Shown here piece by piece: positions 42,626 to 53,346 of a stretch of 64,000 nt of DNA; the stretch's first letter is position 1, and every line of letters starts with the position of its first letter. The position numbers and the translations under genes are program-made. Under the pieces are notes generated by a model. It was not told where the DNA came from and did no database searches. It worked only from the letters and a program-made list of their open reading frames with translations. Origin of the DNA: Anthoceros angustus (lineage: Eukaryota; Plantae; Anthocerotophyta); the NCBI GenBank assembly GCA_010909165.1, contig MU008203.1, positions 248,001-312,000 of the forward strand, given 5' to 3'.

Positions 42626-45600
42626 CGGAGTGGTCAGTTGGTTAGGTATCTAGGTGCAGAGCGGAGCGGAGCGTGCGGTGCGGTGCGGTGCGGAGCGGAG
42701 CGTGCGGTGCGGTGCGGAGCGTGCGGTGCGTTGCGAAGCGTGCGGTGCGGTGCGGAGCGTGCGGTGCGGTGCGTGCGGCGTGCGGTGCAGTGCGGGCGGT
42801 GCGGTGCGGTGCGTGCGGCGCGGAGCGGAGCGTGTGGAGGTTCGGTCGAGGCCTTGGTTTCAGTGGCGCCCGTCTTTGCACGGATTCGGCGTAGGTGCGG
42901 TGGTGTGGCTGGGGCTTCTTTTAGGTCCGACGTGCAGGGGGGTTTTTTCGGCCTTGGGGGCCCGTGCCCCCAGGTCGTGCTGTGGGGCCCTGCCCGACCC
43001 AAGGGTCTGGTAATTGGGCAACCTGCTTATGGCGCGCTAATTTCTCTTTCAGTGTTCTATTACGGTATTTTGGCAAGCGAGAATGGCTCCAGCGGATGGC
43101 CTTAAAGAGTCCTCTCTTGAATCTAAGGTGCAATGTGACATGGCAGATCTGTTCTCCAGGGTTCATAGTCTTGAGGCAGGAGACTCTCATTTTGGAGGAC
43201 AAATACTTTCTTTCATGGAGTCTGTTACTATCTTGGAGGCTAGACTCGAAGATTTCTCTGCCAAGCACTCGGATCTATCTGATAGGTTTGAGGCCCTCCA
43301 GACAGCCAATGATTCCCTCCTCAATGAATTACGGCAAACACAGGCTGATGTTTTGAGCCTTCAGAATGGGAACACCTTATTGCAGACTTCTCTAGACACT
43401 TTCCGCATGGATATGACTGCCCAACATGCTGATCTTCAGACATCTCTTAAGGAGCTCACAGGGAAGATTTCTGAGCAGGCTAATATGATCTCTAAGCACG
43501 TTGAGCTGACCACAATTCCACACTCTACTCCGGCTACCACGTTTGACCTACCTGGCCTTTTGGAGAAGGTTGAAATTATTGTTGAAGACAAATTAACTTC
43601 TATCCGTACTGGCATGTCCAAGAATGATGAGGTTATTCAAGAATTGCAGGATAGGCCCCTTGCCCTGACCCGATCTTTTGCCGTCACGGCGCGAACTACT
43701 GCTATTCGCTACCATTTGAGTCCGCGATCGCGATAAGCGATCTCGAAACCTCCGACAGGATATCGGAACTACTCGAGAAAGTCTGTAAGGGATTTTTTGG
43801 CTGATGTTATCAAGATCGATGTTCGGTTCCAACACGCTTGGAGAGTGGGTAAGGACCATTCTCGATCCCCCACTTACATTGTGCGTTTTTTTACTCTTGA
43901 GGACAGGTTGCATGTGTTACGTGCACGCACAAACTTGAAAGGCCAAGATATATTTGTCAACCCTGACCTTACTCCTCTCCAATGGGAACGCAAGAAGCAA
44001 TTGTTGCTTGACTGTAAGAAGGCAAAATCAGAGGGTATGGTGGCTTATTTCATCGATGATGACCTAGTTATACGGGAACCCAAGACTACCGCGCATGTCC
44101 CGTAGGGATGCGGAGCCCGTGATGGCATCCTCCGCCTGGCTTCTTGGAATTGCAACGGATCTATCAATCTACACCGGCGGAATGCTTGATCTCCTCACGG
44201 GCGGGATTGCGGGATATTGTGTTTCTATCGAGACTCATGAGCATCATACCCGCCCCTTAGGCCGTTCTCCGGATATTCATGTTTTCTACCTTTAGACACC
44301 ATGTCTCCAAAGAACTCTCCCAAGGCTTTGGGTATTGCTTGCTATTTCGGAGTCCTTGACTCCTTTTATCTCCTTATTCGTCATGACGAGCTTAGCTCCT
44401 CCGGGTTCAATTGTCACGCTTTTCTCTTCTCACCGTGACTTATATGTTGGCGTCATTTACTTCCCTCAAGGTCCTCCAAATATGCTCGGTAATCCATATG
44501 CGGATCTCTAAGTCCATCTCAGTTTTCCCCTATTGCGATATTCTTCTCGTTGGGGACTTCAACGCTTGGACCGTCAACAAGTCGCTATCTATGATTCCTT
44601 GATTTCGACAAAATTTCTCACCGGATCCTCGACCTCGGGCTCGATCGGTCTTCCTCGACACCCATCCACTAAATTCCTATGGTGTTGCCCTTTACGCCTT
44701 GAATCCCACAACATGGTCATTTTCAACGGACTCCCGTTGGACAACAGTAATTCTTTCTTTAGCAGCGATGGTTCCTCTTCTAGCAGGTTGGATTATGTTA
44801 TTGGTGACGTCGGCCTTCTCTCGCGTATTTCTAGGCTCTGGACTCTGGACTCCACATGTTTGGAGTCTGACCATGCTGCTGATTGTTTTGATCTTTGTTC
44901 CTCCGCCCCCTCAGGATCCCCCTCCCCCCTCCCACTGTCTCTCCACCAGATTCACCTTTCCACAAGACCTTGTACCCCAATTTTCCAGCTTGCTCCGCTC
45001 CTCCCTTGCTTCCATTCCCCCATCCTCCCTTTTCTTGCTACCGCCACTTCCGCCTTTCCTTTTCCCCTCTTTCCTTTCCTTTCAAATTTTGCCATCCTCC
45101 CGTGCAAACCAACCCCCGCCATCCTCGGTTTGATGCGGATTGTAAGCGCATGCGCTCTCAATTGCATCTCACTTTGCGCCAACTTAATCTCCTCCCGGAT
45201 CCCATCATTCCGCTCTTTACAAAGCCACCCAAGCCTTACAAAGCCTTCATCTCCATGAAAAGTCCCAATTCATCCAAGTGAACACACCGTCTTATCTCTC
45301 TTGAGCGTCCCCCGGTGGCTCTGCCTTTTGGAAGGAATTCCACAACCGCTCACCCATTCTTCTCAAAGCCACTCCTGAACTCCTCTCCTATGTTCATAGT
45401 CTTTACCACATCCCCTCTGCCTTCCCTGCCCCTGATTCCTCTGATCCTGGTCTCAGGGTTTTCACTGCCAATCTCGTTGCCCGTGCTATCCGAAGCTCAA
45501 GTGGTACCATCGACCCTAATGGTATCCACAGGGATTTATTCCGGTTCTTGACTCTACCTCCTTCTCCTCGCATCTTGCCTCTGTTTAATGATGCTTTGTC

Positions 45601-47046
45601 TTTCGGTTTCCGATCCTTGGTGTGAGAATGATATCCACTCCATTCTCAAGGTGGAGACCCTTATCTCCCTTCTAATTACCGATTTATCACCGTGGAGTCT
45701 ATCTATGCTAAGATCTTTAGCTCTAGTTTGGAGATCTTGACTACTTCTGGTGAGGAGGCTAAGGTGCGTGCTCGGGGCCAAGCGGTTTCGCCCGGTCGAA
45801 TACTTTGGATCATCTTTTAGGGGCGGAAATCGACATCAAGCTTATCCCAAGGCATAGAGTTGAAAGCGTGCTTAAAGTCAACAAAACATAAGTGTGTGAG
45901 ACTGTTAAGATGCCTCCTCATTTGTGGCATCTTGCTACCCTTCTCTACAAAAGGGTCTTTGCTCGAATCAAGACTCCCGTGGTTTGTCTTCCCACGGATC
46001 CTATCCAACTTGGCGTCATGAGGCGACCCTTTGTCCCCAAATCTCTTTGGGTTGTATATTGATGAGCTTGAGGAATGGCTTCTTCGATCTGGCGACCCTG
46101 GTGCTCGGCTATTTCTGGAAAGTATTCCTATCCTCCTATATGCGGATGATATTGTTCTTTTATCTCATTCCCCGGAGGGCCCGCAAAAGCAACTGGATGG
46201 TTTATCCCTTTTTTGCAAAATCAAGGGTCTCTTTGTTAATCTGCGCAAGACCAAGATTATGCGGTTCAACACTCGGGATTACAAGGGGGATTTTTGCTGG
46301 CTTTCTCAAGCTGCCAACTGGCTTAGAAGATTCGAGTTTGAACCTTTTCGACTTCCTGCTTGGCCCTCTCCCTCCTCCCAACTCCCCCTTTCTCACATTC
46401 CCCCCAACCACTCCATTCGCAGGAATTTTCCCTTAAATTAAGATACCTTCGCCTCACCTGGTCCCCTCTTTCCTTTTCCCCCCCTCTCACTTCTAGACTC
46501 CGCTTTTACAAAGACGAGCTCCGAGTTAATCCTCCCTCCGTAATTTCCTACCCTGCCTCGCTACCTCAGTTCCCCCCTTTCCTTCAAACTCCGCACACTC
46601 ATTGGTCAATTTCTTGTTAGCTCCCACCACCTCCGGATTGAGACCGACCGTTGGCTCAAGCCTACCCCTCCCCTAGACGATAGGATCGCAAGCTTTGCTC
46701 CTTGGATCACGAATCAATCACACTTCCTCTTTATTGTCCCGCCTATGCCGATATTCGGTCTCGTTACTCTCTTCTTTTGAGTGTGCTTTCATTGCAGATT
46801 TTCTCTTTCCACATTCCTAGGCTCTCTGGACTATGTCTCTCTGAGCTTCTTGATCTTCGGCAGTCCTTGTTGGACTCCTTGTAGTCTTCGCCTTCTTTTC
46901 TGCTTCCCTCATATTGGTACTGCTTCTCTAGTTCAGACGTATGTAAGTGTACTCGGTTTTTAAACCTCTTTTACGCTGTACTATCTCTGTCCCATGATGG
47001 TTCTTCCATCTTAGTGAACATAAATAAAGTTGTTGTTGTTGTTGTT
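42626..47046 (+). mobile_element. Near-full-length decayed LINE (RTE/RTEX-like): repeat-rich 5' UTR, ORF1 ~43083-44105, ORF2 ~44125-46760, AATAAA(GTT)n tail
   Basis: (GCGGT/GCGGA)n 5' array. Coiled-coil ORF1 ending IFVNPDLTPLQWERKKQLL. APE motifs LASWNCNG, LLVGDFNA, SRLDYVI, SDH. RT motifs FVDFKHAF, LFGLYID, LLYADDIVLLS, VNLRKTKIM. C-terminal YCPAYADIR. Many stops and frameshifts. Confidence 0.9.
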
Positions 47047-47050
47047 GGTG

Positions 47051-47100
47051 ACATGGACACCATTGTTGGTTTCATTGCAGGTTCGATCCTCGGCCAGTGC
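47051..47100 (+). pseudogene. 3' half of the tRNA-Gly-like unit interrupted by the LINE
   Basis: Contains B box GGTTCGATCC and ends CCAGTGC, which pairs 7/7 (one G:U) with GCATTGG at 42606. Confidence 0.65.
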
Positions 47101-47399
47101 TTTCATTCATACCTTACTTCCAAAGTTCAATTGTCGGACAGCGCTTTCATCCATACCTTGCTTCCAAAGTTTAAAAGCTGTCTTGATTTTATTTCATTTT
47201 GATGGCACCTCTTTAGTTCTCGTTGTCAAGTTTCCATCTTCTAGGTCAGCAAGTTACTCTCGAATCTCTGAAACCAACGTCTGCTTAGCATGCCATGCGG
47301 AAGGCACCGGTGCCAGGGAGGAAGGGCCTTCCGGAAGGGACCGGAAGGGACCGGAAGGGTCTGCTTGCTTCCTTGGCTTGTGTGCTTCTCATAAGAGGT

Positions 47400-48850
47400 T
47401 GAAGGAAGGGAGGTACGTTTTCCCAAGGGGCCAGGCCAAATGCCTACATGTTGGCCTTCCATCGTTTTGGCGCATGCCCAGCATGGATCTGTATCGACAG
47501 ATGAAGAGTTCGGCAGTGAAGACAGACAGCCATGCGTTTGTGGCCGTCCTCAAGACTTGTTCCAGTGGAGAGGATTTGGTATCTGGGAAGGAGGTGCATG
47601 CGGATGTTCTGGCAAGTGGTATGAAGGCCAACATCTATGTCGGCAGCAGCCTGGTGAGAGACGGTCGCAGGACGGTCGCAGAGTCTTGAATAATTTGCTG
47701 ACTGTCTGACAGAATGCAACAGGAAGGGCTGACTTGAACTGGTCCATTTTTGTTCGTGTGCCTCCTGAATGGATGTGCAACATTCCGAGATCTACATACA
47801 GGGAAGCACTCCTTGCGGTGAGTCGTGGGAGTGGTCTGGAAGCTGATGTGGTGTTGGGAATTGCGCTTGTGGACATGCATTCGAAGTGTGGGAGCTTGGA
47901 TGGGGCTCGGACAGTGTTCGAAGGACTGCCCAACAGAGACGTAGTCACATAGAATGCCAAGATAGCAGGATACTCGCAACATGGACTGGGTACCAGGCTT
48001 GTGCTAGTGTCGGAGCACTGCATCAGGGAATAGAGCGTCCTGCACAGACTCGTGAAGGAGGCCTAGGTTCGAAGGTGTATGTCGGTAGCAGCTTGGTTGA
48101 GATGTATGCAGCATCTGGGAGCAGGAGGGAGTCTCGTCGACTGTTTGACAGCTTGTCCACCAAAGACATAGTGATATGGAATGCTTTGCTTAATGGCTAT
48201 GCTACATGGCGACGGTCTGAAGGCTATGGAGTGTTTGGAGTGTTTTGAAGACATCTATCGGGAAGGATATGTGCCTAACGAAGCTACCTTTACCTGCCTT
48301 CATGTAAGCCTGGCCCTGGAAGGGCAGCGGTATTTCAGGATGATGCTTGAGGAGTATGGTATTGACCCCAGGTAGTGTCACTATAACTGCATGGTTGACA
48401 TCACTGTGAAGTGCCTGCAAAAGTCACAATGATTCCGAGCGGGGCAAGCGCTGCTTCGACCATCTTGTCAAATTGGAACCTGAAAGCGCATCCACGAACG
48501 TTCTCTTGGGCAACATCTATGCAAATGCAATCAGGTGGAATGATGTAGACCGAATAGAGAGCCTGAGGAAGTCTTCACATGCTCGGAAGACGCCTGCAAA
48601 GGTGTCCATTGAAGTGGGAAACAGGTTGCACCAGTTCAGTGGGGGAGGAGGTCTGACATCTCATCAAAACTGGAAAGCGTGAATTGGAGGTTGAAAGAGG
48701 AAGATGGGCACATAGCACCAACTCTGTTGGTGCTAAAGGCAGTATCTGAGCAGGGGAAGGAAGATGCTTTGTGTGATCATGCAGAAGAACTTGCCCTGGC
48801 AGGTGGTATCCTGAACTACCTATACACTACACCAACTACACCAAAAACAC
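47400..48850 (+). pseudogene. PLS-class PPR pseudogene with E/E+/partial DYW domain
   Basis: ALVDMHSKCGSLDGARTVFEGLPNRDVVT*, SSLVEMYA...FDSLSTKDIVIWNALLNGYA, VLLGNIYANAIRW, SIEVGNRLHQF, KEDALCDHAEELALA; numerous stops and frameshifts. Confidence 0.85.
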
Positions 48851-48921
48851 CATTACCAATACACTACACCTAGATTTAACAAGTCCACAGGCCCCAACGG
48901 AACTTCACCGGGCAATGAAAG

Positions 48922-49157
48922 GGAGTCAGGACCGGGTTGCAACGGACAAACATGCTCACTTCAGACCACGTGCAGGTTTTAATGGCACAAGGTACTGGAA
49001 CCCGTCGTTCGGAGCCGGGTTGATTTAACGGGCAGGCGATCACGAACGTCGGAAGCGTCCGTCAGGGCCCGGCCTCGTGGAAGACGGTCTTCCACCAGGA
49101 GTGTCCAATGTTGAGCTGCCACGCCCGGGCGCGAGGGACGTCAGGGTCGCGATTTGA
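48922..49157. repeat. Non-coding element, copy 2 (paralogous to 40779-41061)
   Basis: Same ordered conserved blocks as copy 1, same orientation. Confidence 0.8.
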
Positions 49158-49476
49158 CACGCTGCGTGCAAGAAGCGTTTTCCGCATTAGGCGGCATTGC
49201 GCGGGTTGGTGTTTGCTGGCACGCAGCGATGTAGACAGGGGGGAGAAAGCGAGGATATGCAATTCGGGCGGCTCGGGATTCTTCCAAGTAAGCGTACCAG
49301 AGCCGCCAGAATGTTGATGAGGAAAATGCCAGCCCTTCTGCTGCAGAAGCAAACGGAACTTGTCCCTAGCTGCCTGGCAGATGCACGGCTTTGCTTGAGG
49401 ATTGTGACGTTTCTCTTGCAGGACGAAGACCTTGCTTGAAGACGTAGGTTGAACGACTTTTTCGCGGAGGGAAGCC

Positions 49477-51103
49477 ATGGCAGCTGAAGCGGTCTTTCGT
49501 TGCTCTTCCGTTTCAATGTGTCTGGCTCTTGCTTGTCTTCTCTGTAACCCGGCTCCTCATGCCAGGGCTGCTGCCGCTCCTACCTGGTCCCCAGATTTGT
49601 CCACAAGTTCCTACCTGCGATGCGTACGGAACGCGCTCTCGATGAGCTGCGGTCATTATGGAGCCAGGTTGATGGGAATCCATCGTCCTGTGCACGATGG
49701 ACTCACCTTCACGGCCAGGTTTCGCGAGTGCAGAAGCCGGGGAGCTAGGGCCGCCCTGCACAGTTCGGATGTGGAGTTGGCCCCGGTTATTCTCGTTCCA
49801 GGCGCAGGTGGTAACCAGCTGGAAGTGAAGCTTGACAACAATAAGTACAAGGCCGGGAGCTTTTGGTGTCTTGTATACGACCGGAGCAACTATTTTCGCC
49901 TGTGGCTGGACGTTTTCTCACTAATCCCTCCTCTGACGTCGTGTTTTGCTGAAAGAATTCAGCTCCTGTATGATCCCGATTCCGACAGCTACCGAAACAA
50001 CGAGGGCGTCTCGTCCAGGGTTCCCTACTTTGGCAGCACTCAGGGCATGCAATATTTGGATCCCAACTTCAAGTAAGCTCTTTCGAAGAGTGATTTTGTC
50101 TCTTGCATACGGCTTGGGTGGTAACTTTTCTTGCTAGTATATGATGTGTTCTTTCCACTTGCTGTTGTATTGAACCACCGGTGTATTGATCTGCTGCAGA
50201 TCTCTGTCCCCTTACATGTCAGGATTGGTTGCTGCTCTGGAAAATGAAGGGTACGTCGACAATGAGTCTTTGTTTGGGGCACCCTATGATTTCAGATATG
50301 CACCAGGGCCAAATCCGAGCGAGGTGGCTCGCACGTATCTAAAAGACCTGCAACTTCTTATAGAGTCCGCATATTCTAAGAATCGTAACCAAAAGGTGGT
50401 GGTCGTGGCACATAGCTTAGGAGGTTTGTGGACGCATTATTTCTTGAAACAGCAACCGGAGCAATGGCTGGAGAAGTACGTCAGCCACTTCGTTTCTGTC
50501 TCGACTCCTTGGGGTGGCACTGTTGATCAGATGAAAACTTATGCTTCTGGGACCAACCAAGGTGTCAGTATTCTGGACCCTCTTACCTTTCGGGATGAGC
50601 AACGCAGCTCAGAAAGTAACCTTTGGCTTTTGCCTGTGCCACGAGTTTTCGGAGCAGCTCCTCTGGTGGTTACTCCTTCCAGAAGTTACAGTGCGTATGA
50701 TATGGAGGACTTCTTTCATGACATTGGTTTTCCTGAAGGCATTGCTCCCTACAAATCCAGGATCCCCTCGCTATCTGATAAGTTGGAGGCCCCGAAGGTG
50801 CCAACTTCTGTCATCTATGCACGGGGTGCCAAAACAGCTGAAACTCTTCTATACAATGCAGGCACTTTTGACCAGTACTCGGGAATTGTCTACGGCGATG
50901 GGGACGGAACTGTCAACACTGCGAGCCTGACTGCAGTACTGGAAGACTGGCAGGCGACAGGGAGTCAGGCATTGCGGGTCGTTGAGCTGAACAGCACAAC
51001 CCACAGCGGCTGTCTGCTGGATTCCGCTGCCCTTCAGCTCATCGTAGGAGAGATACTGCGGAAGGATGCGCAATCGGATGCGGTTTCGCTAGCTGCTGAT
51101 TAG
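49477..51103 (+). CDS. Lecithin:cholesterol acyltransferase-like phospholipase/acyltransferase; exons 49477-50072, 50200-51103
   Basis: PVILVPGAGGNQLE, FRLWLD, LFGAPYDFRY, lipase motif VAHSLGG, SVSTPWGG, GDGDGTVN and terminal His region. Confidence 0.92.
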
Positions 51104-51235
51104 TGCCTAATGTAGTTCAGCAGACAAGCTTGTAAATCCATTTTGCTCGTCCTGGACGCTGTGAATTGGCTTCATTGAATTCTAAACGGAGATTTGGGGC
51201 AGGACGCCCTGCCGCGATGAACTCCCGGAGCCTGG

Positions 51236-52520
51236 CTAAGATTTTTGCGTGCGCACCAAATCCCCAGATCCATTGCCTCTTGGCGGAAAGCTGCTCTTGC
51301 GCAGCCATGCTGTGACAAGGGACTGCAACTGGTGTCTTGTCACATGAGCACTGAGGGCCTGCAGGCTCATTCCGCAACACCGCAACAACGGTAGGAGAGG
51401 GCATTTATGTATCTGCAGATATACTAAAAATAGGTGTCGCAGCGGTGCCTGTATGATGTATGTATGTGCTTAATCGTCTGCAAGGCGCACGTCGTTGCTA
51501 CACTGACGAGCGCTTTCCCATTCTCTTCAAGTTCTGCAGCTTCCACGTCAAAGGCATGTCAAGTGGGTGTCTGTAGATGAGCACTTGTAACCGATGAGAT
51601 AGCAAAAGCCTCTCGGACTGCTGAGCCTGGGCTGCCATATCTAAAAGATATTTTTGAGCCTGTGACGAGAGAACCTGCAACCGCATGTCGTTTATCCGGA
51701 CCGTGGCAAGTTGCAAGCACAATGTCAGCCACAGTTTAACTAGTAGTGGATTCGTGGGCACAAGCAACAGTGCCTCCCTGCTTCAGTGCCTATATTGAAG
51801 GGTAAATATAGGCACGGGATGCTGTGAGCCTCTGAGCCTCTGAGCCTCTGTGCCGCACTGCCCAGGCCTGACGACGGCGTCTCGGAAATTCAAGAATGGA
51901 CAGTGTGAATGCCTACCCGTTGCGTGGCGGAAATTCAAGAATGGACATTGTCAATGCCCACTCGTTTCTCTACTCTGCTTATGCTCTTCTCACTCCTCAT
52001 GAGCACCTATTAATGGATTCTATTTCCTGGAGCTACGTCCTTCGTCTTTTAGAATCTGTACATGTAGGTGCCAAGTCCCATTCCTTCAACAGCGCACTCC
52101 GCAACTGACAGAGCATGGCCTGTTAGAGGTTAGAGGGCGGCATAATCATAATTCCTTCTTTGCTTCCATCCGCTATGTGGGATGCCTTCTGCATATGTTT
52201 ATGACGCGCTTGTTTAACATGCGGTGCGTTATGCGTTTAGTGTGCAGAAATAACACATGTAAACTTAGCAGCCGACATGAACGGACACGACACGCCGCAC
52301 CGCGAAAGCACACCACACAGCATGAGTGGGGCTGTCTTTGTTAACAATTGGCAAATCGGGTCTAAATTCTTGGGTACATAACAAGTCTGTACATGTTGTA
52401 TGTACGCTATGGCCAACTCTCTGTCCACATCTCCGTCATGAAGCTCAGCGCCTGGCACTTGTGAGCACATTGCAAGAATGCTGCAAGCTTCTGCCCAGAT
52501 AATTGCCTGGTTGGAGAAGC
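51236..52520 (-). CDS. Unidentified spliced gene candidate (at least four phase-compatible exons; 5' end unresolved)
   Basis: Exons joinable with GT-AG: GRSFSNQAIIWAEACSILAMC...|LRSALLKEWDLAP...|EALLLVPTNPLLVKLWLTLCLQL...|IHKCPLLPLLRCCG...QKS*. No family recognised. Confidence 0.4.
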
Positions 52521-53346
52521 TTCGTCCTGCAAACAAACTTTCAGCAATGACGCTCTGCCCGACAGTGAGGGCACGATTCCATTATCTCATCACAGTCGGA
52601 AGATTCAACGGAGGCTCCTTCGCTGCACTCACCCGACCGGAAACCGACATTGATGGACCAAGCCAAGTGCTGCTGCTTGGTTTACACTCTTGTTGGTCGG
52701 CTATTCGCGAAATTGAATGTTGCAAGTCGAGGGTTGTTTGAATCTGTCGACAAGCTGCAAGCTACATCTGCAGAACAGAAGCAGTTAGTCATGAAGGGGA
52801 ACAAGTGCAGTCTCCTGAGAGAATGATTGATGAATGAGCTCGTTGATGACCGGTTCAAACACGCGCACGATTTGTGCAAGCTTTCTTGTTCCAAATGCAG
52901 ATTGGGCCTACGGATCACAAGAAGGTGAAGATGGAAAGCCTTCATTTCGGCGCAAACAAGAATCCTTGTTTGGGAATCGATGCTGCACGACCAACAACCT
53001 CGTCTTGAGCCGGGAAGGTGATTGGAGAGTGCATATTTCCATGTACCGTCCATCAGAAACAGCTTGAGAGACACGACTGCGTTGCTTAAGTTACATCTTG
53101 GGCCGATGAGGCCTTCAAACTTCCCCAAAAAGTTCCCGGTACATCTCTTACCCACACCTCTAGACTGCATCTAGCGACAACGAGCGTCTCACCTCAAATC
53201 ATACCGACAGCACATATCCTTTAGGAGACTCTCTGCTCCTCCACAGGCCAATTCTTGCAGGGAAGGTCTCCCGACCTTCCCTGCAAGAATCTCCCGCCCA
53301 GGAACATGACCATGCAGTCATGCACATCTAGACAAACCACTACGAT

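Noticed and set aside
42658-42835. (GCGGT/GCGGA)n array and other tandem arrays as CRISPR-like structures
   Set aside because: Simple tandem repeats with no unique spacers, eukaryotic context, no cas genes.
47099-47174. Two ~32-bp copies at a 44-bp period just downstream of the split tRNA-like unit
   Set aside because: Could be a SINE body, but similarity to the region after 1147 is marginal; treated as a local duplication.
51825-51960. (GAGCCTCT)3 and a 31-bp direct repeat
   Set aside because: Lies in a predicted intron; ordinary slippage duplication.
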